Below, one piece after another: positions 1 to 10,367 of a stretch of DNA of 64,000 bases. The notes under the pieces are model-generated. The model saw only the letters and a program-made list of their open reading frames with translations, was not told where the DNA came from and did no database searches. Positions within the stretch are counted from its first letter, which is position 1; each line of letters starts with the position of its first letter. The stretch lies in assembly GCA_965216875.1 (NCBI GenBank), contig OZ244207.1:3008001-3072000 (forward strand), in the 5' to 3' direction. Origin of the DNA: Rubripirellula sp. GTDB lineage: Bacteria; Planctomycetota; Planctomycetia; Pirellulales; Pirellulaceae. The translations under genes were made by a program, and so were the position numbers.

Positions 1-923
1 TCGACGATATGGTTGGCCAGCGCGATGTGATCGAGCGTTTGAAAATCGCGATCGAGGCGGCGCAAAAACGCGAAGAAGCTCTCGGTCATATTCTGTTTGA
101 TGGGCCACCCGGACTGGGCAAGACGACTTTTGCCACGGTGATCCCCGCGGAGATGGGCACGACGGTTCAAATGGCCAATGGTGCCGGACTCAAGGCCCCC
201 AAAGACTTGGTCCCTTACCTGACCAACGTTTCACAGAACAGCGTGCTGTTCATTGACGAAATTCACCGCGTGCCCAAGTCGGTCGAAGAATACCTTTACA
301 CAGCGATGGAAGATTTCCGAATCGACATCGTCCTTGGTGAAGGCGTCAGTGCGCGGACACTGAACCTTGATCTAAAACCTTTCACCCTCATCGGAGCGAC
401 CACCCGCGCCGGGATGTTGACCGCACCGCTTCGCGACCGCTTCCAAATTCGAGAACACCTTGGCTGGTACACAAGCGACGAACTATGCGAAATCGTTCGG
501 CGCAATGCGACCAAGTTAAGTCTCAACGTGGATGACGATTCCGCCAACGTGATCGCAGGGCGCAGTCGAAGCACGCCAAGGCTTGCAAACAATCGCTTAC
601 TGTGGGTTCGAGATTACTCCCAGAGCAAGCATGACGGGCAGGTCAACGCGGACATCACGACCTCAGCCTTGGACATGATCGGAATCGACAAACTCGGTCT
701 CGACAAACAAGACCGTGCCTACTTGGACACGCTGATTCGCGTTTTCGCTGGTGGTCCGGCTGGGCTCGAAGCGATCGCACACACCATGAATGTCAGCGGC
801 GATACGCTCGAAGATGAAGTTGAGCCGTTCTTGTTGCGCAGCGAATTGATCGTTCGCACCCGTAGGGGACGGATGGCGACCAGCAAAGGCTTCCAACACC
901 TTGGACTGCAGATGCCTGAGTAG
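1..923 (+). CDS. ruvB: Holliday junction branch migration DNA helicase RuvB (5' truncated by window edge)
   Basis: Walker A GPPGLGKT, Walker B LFIDEIHR, GATTRAG, LRDRF, C-terminal EPFL/RTRRGR; the frame is open upstream of the ATG at 9. Confidence 0.97.
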   Translation, partial: DDMVGQRDVIERLKIAIEAAQKREEALGHILFDGPPGLGKTTFATVIPAEMGTTVQMANGAGLKAPKDLVPYLTNVSQNSVLFIDEIHRVPKSVEEYLYTAMEDFRIDIVLGEGVSARTLNLDLKPFTLIGATTRAGMLTAPLRDRFQIREHLGWYTSDELCEIVRRNATKLSLNVDDDSANVIAGRSRSTPRLANNRLLWVRDYSQSKHDGQVNADITTSALDMIGIDKLGLDKQDRAYLDTLIRVFAGGPAGLEAIAHTMNVSGDTLEDEVEPFLLRSELIVRTRRGRMATSKGFQHLGLQMPE

Positions 924-1028
924 CTGTCATCAGACTCCGATTGATCGACACAACTAACAAATCCGGTATCGTTTTCCTTCTTTACCCCCATCAGAACGGT
1001 ACCGATCGGTCTAGCAGCATTGCTGCGG

Positions 1029-1038
1029 GGTAGGGTTT
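1029..1038 (+). promoter_or_regulatory. GGTAGGGTTT motif upstream of the hybrid kinase
   Basis: Identical 10-mer at 4145-4154 upstream of the next gene, at nearly the same distance from the start (107 vs 105 nt). Confidence 0.35.
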
Positions 1039-1135
1039 GGCGGAGTCTCTCCGAACTCGCCCCCCAACACCAATCCACCTGAGATGAGCGGCCGACCTGT
1101 CGAATGCGGCAGACGTTACCGGCCAACCAAGCACG

Positions 1136-4102
1136 ATGGGAATCCTCGACCGCATCTCCGCGCGCCAACGCATCACAATGGGCCTGGTTGGCCTCATGAT
1201 TGGCACGCTCTTGTTCGCTAGTGCGTTCGGCTTCTTCCCCAACGAGCAGAAAGAAATCTTGCGAGGGCGGGCGAGGTTCTGCGATGCGCTGACAATCACT
1301 GCGACCGCAATGTCCTCGGCCGGCAATCCGGGAACGCTCAAAGCGACCCTGGAAGCAGTCGCCAACCGGGACGACTCATCGGACAACGACGTCGTTTCGA
1401 TCGGTCTTCGTGATCTCAGGGGAAAGCTTGTTTACGCTTCGCCAGAACACGAAGCGAAGTGGAACCCTGACGAAACGGACACCATTCGCCAATCGCGATC
1501 GCCTGTGTTTCGAGGTGGCAAGCCCTGGGCCCAACTCGAAGTTCGATTCCGCGATACCGGCGGTCTTTTTGGGCTCAATTATTGGGCACCGGCATGGTTG
1601 CTTGTCGTCATGGTTCCGGTTTGCTTCATTCAATTCAGTTTCTATCTGCGCAAAACGCTCAAGCATCTCAATCCAACCGACCGTGTTCCTCAGCACGTCC
1701 AAGACGCACTCGACACATTGTCGGTCGGTTTGTTGTTGATGGATAACCACCATCGCATCCTGTTTGCGAACTCGCAATTCACTGAAGCGATTGATCGCCC
1801 TGGGCAAGACATGTTCGGCGAAGTTGCGAGCGACCTGCAGTGGCAAACCGCGAACGACGCGGACGTTCCCTGGGAAGTCACCGCCAAGACGGGCGAATCG
1901 ATCGAAGACCAAATCCTGCAACTGCAAGTCGGTGATCGCATCCGAACATTCAGCGTGAATTGTTCGAAAGTCGGCAAAGGAATCATGACAACCTTTGACG
2001 ACATTTCGCTGCTCGAGGAAGCTCGTGAAGCGGCGTTGCAGGCGAGCGAATCGAAAAGTGCTTTCCTGGCCAACATGAGCCACGAAATCCGCACACCGCT
2101 CAATGCAGTGCTCGGATTTACCGACGTTCTTCGCCGCGGTTTGGTCAGCGATTCCGATGAATCACTCGACCACCTGAATATGATCCACCGCAGCGGAAAG
2201 CACTTGCTTGAGCTGATCAATGACATCCTTGACCTGTCGAAAATCGAAGCAGGCAAGATGGAAGTCGAAGCGATCGACACCGATGTCAATCAGATTCTCT
2301 CCGACACCGCCGACGTGCTGAAGGTGAAGGCGGACGAAAACGGACTCGACTTGATCGTTGACTACCGCACGCCGCTACCTTGCGTAATGCAAAGTGACCC
2401 AACGCGATTGAAACAGATTGTCACCAACTTGGTCGGCAACGCAATCAAGTTCACTGAATCAGGTTCTGTAACGATCGCAGCCGAATTGCAAAGCCAAGAC
2501 GATCCAACGCTGCGAATCGAAATCATCGATACCGGGATCGGGATGACGCCCGACCAGCAAGCAAGGATCTTCGAATCCTTCTCACAAGCTGACGAAACGA
2601 CCACACGAAAATTTGGTGGCACCGGTCTCGGGCTGTCGATCAGTCGCCGCCTTTCCGAAGCTCTTGGCGGCAACTTGGTCGTGGAAAGCGAACATGGAAA
2701 GGGCAGCACATTCATTGTGACGCTGCCAGTCGACGAAGCCGCCTTAGAGAACCTGACAAGCGTCGACGAGCTTCGCCAAAAAGGCCGCCGCCGCTCACAA
2801 ACGGCCGACGGAATCATCCGACTACCCGCGAAACATGTTTTGGTCGTGGACGATGGCGAAGCGAACCGACGATTGATCGAGTTGGTCCTCGGTCGCGCCG
2901 GCGCGGTTGTCACCACCGCCGTGAACGGTCTCGACGCAATCAAGCAGCTCTCGGATAAAGACTTCGAACTCATCTTCATGGACATGCAGATGCCCGTTTT
3001 GGATGGCTACAGTGCCACCGAGCGGATTCGCAGCGTCGGATTGCAAACACCAATCGTCGCCCTGACCGGTAATGCAATGAAGGGCGATCGTGAAAAGTGC
3101 CTTGCCTCGGGTTGTACCGACTTCTTGTCCAAACCTGTAGACATCGACAAGCTACTCGCACTGTCCGCCGAGTTTTTGGGAGTTGCCGACCCTGAAGAAT
3201 CAGCCAGTGAGCCAGCGTCGACGCCGCAGGGAGAAGGTGTAGGGAACACGCACGATCCGCTGAGTGATGAAGGCGACAGCACACACGCACTTGGCGACGC
3301 AACGACGCGCGTTCCCAAGCCAGCAATGCCATCCCAGCCGCACACGTCCAACCAAGACCTGGCCACGTTCGGCGATGCAGAATTGCGATTCGACGGCGGC
3401 AAAAACGAAGCCGCCGACGACGGCCCAATCTTCTGCGAAATGCCGATGGACGATCCTGAATTGAAGGACATCGTCGTTGATTTCCTCGACCGCCTGGGAA
3501 CGCGTGTCGACGAAATCTCCACGGCCATCGAGGAAGCCGAATTCGAAACCGTGCGAAGTGAAGCGCATTGGCTCAAGGGAGCTGGTGGGACACTCGGGTT
3601 CCCCGCCTTTACCGAACCGTCGATCACACTCGAAGACGCAGCCAAGGATTCCGACGCTGACCTTGCGCAACAAATGCTCGACACCATCAACGACATTCGC
3701 GCGAGGATTCGTCTTGACGGTGATGAGGCGCCGACAGGCGCGGCGGCGATCGAAGTTTCTCCAGTGTCCGAGAATGATCAAACGGCCTCAACCGATCCGA
3801 TTCCCTGCGCCTTGCCGCTGGACGATCCTGAGTTCGCAGCAATCGCAGCCGACTTTGTGCAACGCCTCGACGTGCGACTTGAACAGATGCGTCAGCGATG
3901 CGTTGAAGGCGATTTCGTTGAACTTGCCCAAGACGCACATTGGCTCAAGGGCTCGGGCGGAACCGTTGGATACGCTGCGTTTTCCGAACCAGCCGCCGCG
4001 CTCGAGGCAGCCGCAAAACGCAATGACATGGCCGATTCGGAACGGCAACTCGATGCCGTATTCGCAGTTCGCCAGAGAATTGTCGTGCCGGAGTTGACCT
4101 AG
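1136..4102 (+). CDS. Membrane hybrid sensor histidine kinase (2 TM, PAS-like, HisKA, HATPase, REC, two Hpt domains)
   Basis: FLANMSHEIRTPLN H-box, NLVGNAIKFT, DTGIG, GGTGLGL, receiver VVDD/FMDMQMP/KP, two AHWLKG Hpt motifs. Confidence 0.95.
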   Translation: MGILDRISARQRITMGLVGLMIGTLLFASAFGFFPNEQKEILRGRARFCDALTITATAMSSAGNPGTLKATLEAVANRDDSSDNDVVSIGLRDLRGKLVYASPEHEAKWNPDETDTIRQSRSPVFRGGKPWAQLEVRFRDTGGLFGLNYWAPAWLLVVMVPVCFIQFSFYLRKTLKHLNPTDRVPQHVQDALDTLSVGLLLMDNHHRILFANSQFTEAIDRPGQDMFGEVASDLQWQTANDADVPWEVTAKTGESIEDQILQLQVGDRIRTFSVNCSKVGKGIMTTFDDISLLEEAREAALQASESKSAFLANMSHEIRTPLNAVLGFTDVLRRGLVSDSDESLDHLNMIHRSGKHLLELINDILDLSKIEAGKMEVEAIDTDVNQILSDTADVLKVKADENGLDLIVDYRTPLPCVMQSDPTRLKQIVTNLVGNAIKFTESGSVTIAAELQSQDDPTLRIEIIDTGIGMTPDQQARIFESFSQADETTTRKFGGTGLGLSISRRLSEALGGNLVVESEHGKGSTFIVTLPVDEAALENLTSVDELRQKGRRRSQTADGIIRLPAKHVLVVDDGEANRRLIELVLGRAGAVVTTAVNGLDAIKQLSDKDFELIFMDMQMPVLDGYSATERIRSVGLQTPIVALTGNAMKGDREKCLASGCTDFLSKPVDIDKLLALSAEFLGVADPEESASEPASTPQGEGVGNTHDPLSDEGDSTHALGDATTRVPKPAMPSQPHTSNQDLATFGDAELRFDGGKNEAADDGPIFCEMPMDDPELKDIVVDFLDRLGTRVDEISTAIEEAEFETVRSEAHWLKGAGGTLGFPAFTEPSITLEDAAKDSDADLAQQMLDTINDIRARIRLDGDEAPTGAAAIEVSPVSENDQTASTDPIPCALPLDDPEFAAIAADFVQRLDVRLEQMRQRCVEGDFVELAQDAHWLKGSGGTVGYAAFSEPAAALEAAAKRNDMADSERQLDAVFAVRQRIVVPELT

Positions 4103-4144
4103 GCAAACGGAACAATCGGCAGAACCGCCACCCTCTCTACGGCT

Positions 4145-4154
4145 GGTAGGGTTT
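4145..4154 (+). promoter_or_regulatory. GGTAGGGTTT motif upstream of the HD-GYP regulator
   Basis: Copy of the motif at 1029-1038. Confidence 0.35.
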
Positions 4155-4249
4155 CCCCGAATTGCCGCAGTTCAAATCGACATTTCGTCGTTGTCCGCCA
4201 TCATTCCATGCCATGTTTTCACGTTGGGGCACAACATGCGCACGGGCCG

Positions 4250-5437
4250 ATGAACGATACTCCCTCCCTTACACAGCCGACGACCGCCGCTTCCAATGCG
4301 GTTGTTGCTGCGCGCGAAACGCCCGAGCGGCTACCCGGCAACATCATGATCGTCGATGACGAGCCGGCGAACATTGCGATCGTTCGCAAACTATTGGAAC
4401 GCTCCGGCTACTGCTCGTTCAAATCAACGACCGATTCAACGGAAGCGTTTAAGATGATCCTGGCCACCATGCCAGATCTGATCTTGCTCGACATCAACAT
4501 GCCGCAAGTCAGCGGCATCGACATCTTGCAGTTGATTCGCACCACTGCCCAAACCAAACATCTGCCGGTCCTGATTCTGACCGCCAATTCGGACAACGAC
4601 GTCAAGTTGACCTGTCTCGAACTCGGTGCAACCGACTTCCTGGTCAAACCAGTCGACCCGATGGAGTTGACGCCGCGTGTTCGCAACGCACTGCAAATCA
4701 AGTCCTTCCAAGACCGTTTGAAGCGTCATGCTCACGAACTCGAGAAGAAAGTTCAAGAGCGAACCAAAGAACTTGAACTGAGTCGTCGTCAGGCAATCTA
4801 CTGCCTCGCGCGTGCTGCAGAGATGCGTGACAACGACACCGGTCACCATGTCATTCGCGTCGGTCGCTTTTCAGGAATCATTGCCAGAAACATGGGCTTT
4901 TCCGACGCCTATGTTTCCGACATCGAACTCGCCGCGCAATTGCATGATGTCGGCAAGATCGCTGTGCCCGATGCGATCCTGCTAAAACCTGGCAAGTTGG
5001 AAGCCGACGAATTCGAAGTCGTCAAAAACCATGTCAAGCATGGACGCAATATCATCCAGCCCTATCTGGCCAACGACGCAACGGTGATGCAAAGTCACGT
5101 TGAACGCGGCGCCGAAATGCTCGCCGATGGAAGTAGCCTCATGAAAATGGCTGCGACCATCGCGCAAACGCACCATGAAAAGTTCGACGGAACCGGCTAC
5201 CCGATTGGCTTGGCCGGCGAAGACATTCCGATCGAAGGCCGGATCACAGCGGTCGCCGACGTTTACGATGCGCTTTCCTCAGAACGTTCCTACAAAAAGG
5301 CGTTGCCGCGACAGAAGTGCTTCGAGATTCTTGAAGAAGGGCGTGGTAAGCACTTTGACCCCAAGGTTCTTGACGCGTTCTTCAACGGCGCATCGGACAT
5401 TGTCAAGATTCAAGTCGAGTTCATGGACTGCGACTAG
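4250..5437 (+). CDS. Response regulator with HD-GYP c-di-GMP phosphodiesterase domain (RpfG-like)
   Basis: REC IVDDE/LLDINMP/KP, then HDVGKI, HHEKFDGTGYP, VADVYDAL; start uncertain (4208 or 4250). Confidence 0.93.
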   Translation: MNDTPSLTQPTTAASNAVVAARETPERLPGNIMIVDDEPANIAIVRKLLERSGYCSFKSTTDSTEAFKMILATMPDLILLDINMPQVSGIDILQLIRTTAQTKHLPVLILTANSDNDVKLTCLELGATDFLVKPVDPMELTPRVRNALQIKSFQDRLKRHAHELEKKVQERTKELELSRRQAIYCLARAAEMRDNDTGHHVIRVGRFSGIIARNMGFSDAYVSDIELAAQLHDVGKIAVPDAILLKPGKLEADEFEVVKNHVKHGRNIIQPYLANDATVMQSHVERGAEMLADGSSLMKMAATIAQTHHEKFDGTGYPIGLAGEDIPIEGRITAVADVYDALSSERSYKKALPRQKCFEILEEGRGKHFDPKVLDAFFNGASDIVKIQVEFMDCD

Positions 5438-5499
5438 CGCTGCGGATTGCAATCTTGGTGCCACCAGAGCAACTTCTTGCGCAGTTTGGGCAGTGCCCG

Positions 5500-5591
5500 T
5501 GAGCCGCTGGCCGTCAGGCCTCGTGCCCTTGCCGACACGCAGCGAGTGTGAAGGCGAGTTAAGGCCCGGCCGCTTACGCGATCGCGGCTCA
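5500..5591. repeat. Imperfect inverted intergenic repeat (TGAGCCGC...GCGGCTCA), REP-like
   Basis: Left arm tgagccgctggccgtcaggcc and right arm (reverse complement) tgagccgcgatcgcgtaagcggcc, between convergent genes. Confidence 0.5.
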
Positions 5592-5660
5592 GTTGGGTGA
5601 ACTTGAGCAAGGATTTCTGCTGGTGGAAGCGCAATCGCAATCCGCAGCACCAGCGCGGTC

Positions 5661-6713
5661 CTAACAGATCCTCGGCAGCGGAGCACCTGCCGGATCATCG
5701 ATTGGCATTCGTACCCCCGAGACGGATTCGATCATCGCTCCGGTCTTTCCCGCACCGCCCACGCATCCAATCTCGACGGCGTCGGCCGAAACGTCATACC
5801 TCTTCATCACTTCAATCGCCTTGGCAACGGCGTCTGATTTGACGGCAAGGACGAAGGTTCCCTCATTGGCGACATGGATCGGATCGATACCAAGCAGCTC
5901 ACAGACACCACGCACACTCCCGTCGACTGGCAGCGTGTCCTGCCGAACCACCATCGCGTGACCACTGACTTCGCTCCATTCATGCAGCACTGCCGCGACA
6001 CCTCCACGCGTTGCGTCTCTCATGCTCACCAAGCCGTCGCCGACATCCGCAATGAGTGCGGCGGTCACTTCATGAAGTGGCGCTGAATCGGACGATGGTT
6101 GTGGCGAGAAGCCCATGCTTTCACGGGCCGACATCACCGCGATCCCGTGCCGCCCCAACGGGCCACTGACGATCAATGCATCGCCTTCCTCAAGCGACGA
6201 TGCTCCCGGTGGGCATCCTTGCAACAATTCTCCCACGCCTGTCGTATTGATGAATAACTTGTCAGCCGCACCACGGGGAACAACTTTTGTATCGCCGGCC
6301 ACCACTTTGACGCCGCACTCTTTGGCCGCCTTCCTGATTTGCGACAACACCCGCTTGAGTGTTTCCAGCGGCAAGCCTTCTTCGATGATCAGCGCCAACG
6401 TGATCCATCGGGGGACCGCACCGGCGACGGCAAGGTCGTTGACCGTCCCAAAGATGGCCAGCGAACCGATGTCGCCACCAGGAAAAAACAACGGATCGAC
6501 AACAAAACAATCTGTCGAGATAGCCCACAAACCACCGCCCGCTTCCACGATCGCAGCATCAGAAAACTGCGTTTCCTCGGGCGTCACCGCAGGTGCGATC
6601 CAGCGGTGAATCAACTGTCGCGTCAACCGCGCGCCTTCGCCGTGGGCAAGCGTAACGACCGATGCGTCACCGCTGCCATCGACTGGACAACTTGCGTCTT
6701 CCTTCCATGTCAT
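5661..6713 (-). CDS. hypE: Hydrogenase maturation protein HypE
   Basis: LAHGEG, PLFFPGGDIGSLA, GTVNDLA, GDTKVV, RDATRGG, ANEG, C-terminal PRIC. Confidence 0.97.
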   Translation of the reverse strand: MTWKEDASCPVDGSGDASVVTLAHGEGARLTRQLIHRWIAPAVTPEETQFSDAAIVEAGGGLWAISTDCFVVDPLFFPGGDIGSLAIFGTVNDLAVAGAVPRWITLALIIEEGLPLETLKRVLSQIRKAAKECGVKVVAGDTKVVPRGAADKLFINTTGVGELLQGCPPGASSLEEGDALIVSGPLGRHGIAVMSARESMGFSPQPSSDSAPLHEVTAALIADVGDGLVSMRDATRGGVAAVLHEWSEVSGHAMVVRQDTLPVDGSVRGVCELLGIDPIHVANEGTFVLAVKSDAVAKAIEVMKRYDVSADAVEIGCVGGAGKTGAMIESVSGVRMPIDDPAGAPLPRIC

Positions 6714-7828
6714 CGCAAAGACACCTTCCTCGAACCCACGTCCGATCGATAGCGATCATAAGCTGCACATGCTCCTTCGCTGGAAACCATCGGCGCACCC
6801 AACGGATGATCTGCGGTGCATTCGTTCCCAAAGAAAACGCATTCTGGCGGTTTGATTCTTCCGGACATCACGTCGGCACTACGGCACTTCGATTCTGATG
6901 GCGCAATGGGCAAGGGTGTGAGGTTTACGAATTTGCGCTGTGCATCATACGCTGCAAACTCGTCCCGCAAGCGGAACCCACCCGACTGAACCGTCCCGAT
7001 GCCGCGCCAATCCCGGTCGCAAACTTCAAACACGCGATCGACCATCAGCCGCGCTGCTCGGTTCCCACTTGATTCAACGCTTCGCCCGTAGCAGTTCTCA
7101 AGTTTCGCTTCGTTTTGCTCCAATTGTGTGGTCGCCGCGAGAATGCCCTTCAGCAAGTCAACCGGCTCGAACCCCGTCACAACTACAGGAACGCGATGCT
7201 CCTTGATGAATGGCGCGTAGTCACTTGTGCCGGTAATCGTGCACACGTGGCCGGCGGCCAGAAAAGCATCGATTCGACAATCGGGTTCGGACATCAATGC
7301 CCGCATCGCGGGAACAACGCGAACATGTGAGACAAGCAGCGAAAAGTTGGTTAGCTCCAATCTTGCCGCTTGCAACACCGCAAGCGCCGTGGCGGGCGCC
7401 GTGGTTTCGAATCCAACCGCGAAGAAGACCACTTGCTGGTTGGGATCTGCCGCAGCCAAGTCCACTGCATCGATGGGCGAATACACCGTTGTGACCTTGC
7501 CCCCTTTCGCACGCACGTTCATCAGCGAGTCGCATGAACCGGGCACGCGCAACATGTCGCCAAAGCTAGTGAGCGTAACCCCCGGCGATTGGGCGAGCGT
7601 TTGCGAAAGATCGATTGCTTGCGTCGAGGTTACGCAAACGGGACACCCGGGACCATGAATCAACTCGATCTTCTCGATAAGCGCATCTTCGATTCCATTG
7701 CGCAAAAGGCTGTGAGTTTGCCCTCCACAGACATCCATCAAAACCCAGCGACGCGACGCTGTGCGTTTGATTTTGCCGATCAATCGCTGACACAACTTGG
7801 CATCTCGATACTCATCCACAAACTTCAT
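6710..7828 (-). CDS. hypD: Hydrogenase maturation protein HypD
   Basis: MDVCGGQTH, HGPGCPVC, GFETT, PMVSSEGACAA. Confidence 0.97.
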   Translation of the reverse strand: MKFVDEYRDAKLCQRLIGKIKRTASRRWVLMDVCGGQTHSLLRNGIEDALIEKIELIHGPGCPVCVTSTQAIDLSQTLAQSPGVTLTSFGDMLRVPGSCDSLMNVRAKGGKVTTVYSPIDAVDLAAADPNQQVVFFAVGFETTAPATALAVLQAARLELTNFSLLVSHVRVVPAMRALMSEPDCRIDAFLAAGHVCTITGTSDYAPFIKEHRVPVVVTGFEPVDLLKGILAATTQLEQNEAKLENCYGRSVESSGNRAARLMVDRVFEVCDRDWRGIGTVQSGGFRLRDEFAAYDAQRKFVNLTPLPIAPSESKCRSADVMSGRIKPPECVFFGNECTADHPLGAPMVSSEGACAAYDRYRSDVGSRKVSLR

Positions 7829-8103
7829 GAAACGCCTCGATTCGTTGGCGTTTCCGGTCCACCGGTCTCTTCGTCAAGAAGCTCGAGACGACGCAGTTCA
7901 TCAAAAACTCTTTCAGCCTCTTCGGCATCCACTTTGGTGATCGCGATGCCTGCGTGCACGATCACGTACTCACCAACTTCGACATCAACAACGCACGCCA
8001 TATGACATCGCCGGGTCAGCCCGTCGAACTGCACCTCCGCCTGCGCAAACGTTGGATCTCGATCGATCCAGCGAACAACCTTTCCGGGCACACCTAGGCA
8101 CAC
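7825..8103 (-). CDS. hypC: Hydrogenase chaperone HypC
   Basis: N-terminal MCLGVPG, VIVHAGIA. Confidence 0.97.
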   Translation of the reverse strand: MCLGVPGKVVRWIDRDPTFAQAEVQFDGLTRRCHMACVVDVEVGEYVIVHAGIAITKVDAEEAERVFDELRRLELLDEETGGPETPTNRGVS

Positions 8104-10367
8104 GTCGTATTCCTCGTAGCGATTGCTGCCGCAACTAATTGGCCCATTGCGAGCCCGCCATCGTTGACGGGAACCAAACCGGGCAAGATCACACGACTGG
8201 GGTAATCACGAAAACTCTCCGCAACGGCCTCGACCAACACTCGATTCTGAAAAACGCCCCCCGAAAAGACGACAGGCAATTCACGGTATCGTTCGGCCAC
8301 GCATCGAAAAGCCTCTGCGAGTCCGAGATGAAAACGCGACGAAATCACGCCCGGGGCGACACCCGATTCGACATCACACGCGAACTCATCAAGCATCGGC
8401 ACCCAGTCAATTTCCACCAGATCATTGCGATCCCGAAGGGGAAAAGCATAGCCTCCGTGCTTACTCGGTTCGCAAACCGATTCAAACTGCATCGCCGCTT
8501 CACCTTCAAAACTCGACGTCGAAACACCAAGCAAGAGTGCCGAGACACCATCGAACAAACGTCCCAAGCTTGTCGTTCGAATCCCAACCGATTTCTCTTG
8601 TAGCCTCCAAACCGCTTTGCAATCGATGTGCTGTGGAACGAGCCCGAGCGCTCGCTCGATGAGTTGCTTGTTCCCGGTGACGCAGGCAATCGCAACGGCG
8701 CTTCGCCAGGGCTCCATTGCAGCCCGATCACCACCCATCACGTGGAACGGCCGAATGGAACCGAGCCGCTGCATCTGGTCCCCTTCGACACGTAAGATCT
8801 CGCCACCCCAGACCGTTCCGTCGTCTCCTAAGCCGGTTCCATCCATTGAAAAGCCAACGAGCTCGGAGGTTTCAAGGCCATGTTCGACCGAAGAGGCCAA
8901 GACGTGCGCATGATGGTGTTGAACGCCGTGCGGATCGACCTGTTTCTTCCTCGCAAATCCGGATGTGAAGTAGTCGGGATGAGTATCGTGTGAAATCGTC
9001 TTTGGGTCACGATCGAATAGCCGCGTCAGCGACTTCCATTGATCTTCGTAGCGGTCGCACGTGTCGACCGTTCCGACATCACCCACATGAGGCCCCAGAA
9101 CAAACTGACGCTCCCCAGCAAAAGCCATGGAAGCCTTTTGCTGGCCGCCCACCGCAGCGACCGAATGATCTGCAACTTGCTCGCTGCGTCGAATCACGAT
9201 CGGAGCAATGCCCCGTCCTGCCCGAAACGTCGCCACCTTCTCCGCCATGCATCTCACAACGCTGTCATCGATCGGGCGGACGATTTCTCGGTCATGATGC
9301 AAGAAAAAGTCGACGCGACCAGCGAAGCGATCGCGAACCGCCCCCGGTTCAAATTCAATTGGAGCGCCAGACACATTCGCGCTGGTCACCACAAGCGGTC
9401 GCTGCAAGAACCACAGCAAAATCGCGTGCAGCGGAGTCGTCGGAAGCATCAATCCAAGATCGGCGACCCCAGGTGCGACGTTATCGGCGATCACTCCACC
9501 TTCGCTGCCGTTCTTTCGCATAAGCACGATTGGGCCGGCGGCGCTCGCAAGCGTCTCTAACTCAAGCTCCGATGCTTGAACCAATGACACCGCAGCTTCG
9601 ACCGACTGAACCATCACGGCCATCGGTTTTTTGGGCCGACACTTTAGCCCACGCAAACGTGCAACCGCTTCGTGGGCCGATGCATCGCACACAAGCTGGT
9701 ACCCGCCCACGCCTTTGATCGCAACGATGCCATGGCCGCGAATCGCTGAGACGGCCGCCTCAATCGGCTCGTCGCTTCCGCTACTGCACGTTGACAAACG
9801 CGGGCCACAGATCGGGCAACAGTTGGTTTGCGAGTGGAAGCGACGATCGGCCGGGTCGGTGTACTCTCGCTGGCAAGCTTCGCACATTTTGAAAGTCGCC
9901 ATACTTGTCCGCGCCCTGTCGTAGGGCATCCCGCGGATGATGGAATAGCGAGGGCCACATTCAGCGCAGCTGGTGAATGGATACAGGAACCTACGATTCG
10001 ACGGGTCAAACGTTTCGTTCATGCAGGCCGAACACGTCACGCGGTCCAGCGGTACGGAAACATCCTTACCAACTTCGTTGCTCTCGACAATCTCGAAACA
10101 GGCCGCTTGTTTCGCATTTGTTGACGATTGATGAACAGATATCTCGACCGTGGGACCGACAAACCGTTTGGCAAGTCTTTGCACGAAGACATCGACCGCA
10201 CCGGCACTTCCAGAGACCTCGACTTCAACGCCAGAAAGTGTGTTGCGCACAAATCCATCGAGACTCAGTTCACGCGCCAGCACTGCAATCTTTGGGCGCA
10301 CGCCGGTCCCTTGAACCGTCCCATCGAGGACCAAACGCCGAGCGATCTGGTTGAAAGCCATCGTCAT
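8094..10367 (-). CDS. hypF: Carbamoyltransferase HypF
   Basis: Acylphosphatase GTVQGTGVRP, zinc fingers CxxC...CxxCGPRY, KGVGGY, QHHHAH, DGTGLG, NDGGLAMGQ. Confidence 0.96.
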   Translation of the reverse strand: MTMAFNQIARRLVLDGTVQGTGVRPKIAVLARELSLDGFVRNTLSGVEVEVSGSAGAVDVFVQRLAKRFVGPTVEISVHQSSTNAKQAACFEIVESNEVGKDVSVPLDRVTCSACMNETFDPSNRRFLYPFTSCAECGPRYSIIRGMPYDRARTSMATFKMCEACQREYTDPADRRFHSQTNCCPICGPRLSTCSSGSDEPIEAAVSAIRGHGIVAIKGVGGYQLVCDASAHEAVARLRGLKCRPKKPMAVMVQSVEAAVSLVQASELELETLASAAGPIVLMRKNGSEGGVIADNVAPGVADLGLMLPTTPLHAILLWFLQRPLVVTSANVSGAPIEFEPGAVRDRFAGRVDFFLHHDREIVRPIDDSVVRCMAEKVATFRAGRGIAPIVIRRSEQVADHSVAAVGGQQKASMAFAGERQFVLGPHVGDVGTVDTCDRYEDQWKSLTRLFDRDPKTISHDTHPDYFTSGFARKKQVDPHGVQHHHAHVLASSVEHGLETSELVGFSMDGTGLGDDGTVWGGEILRVEGDQMQRLGSIRPFHVMGGDRAAMEPWRSAVAIACVTGNKQLIERALGLVPQHIDCKAVWRLQEKSVGIRTTSLGRLFDGVSALLLGVSTSSFEGEAAMQFESVCEPSKHGGYAFPLRDRNDLVEIDWVPMLDEFACDVESGVAPGVISSRFHLGLAEAFRCVAERYRELPVVFSGGVFQNRVLVEAVAESFRDYPSRVILPGLVPVNDGGLAMGQLVAAAIATRNTTCA

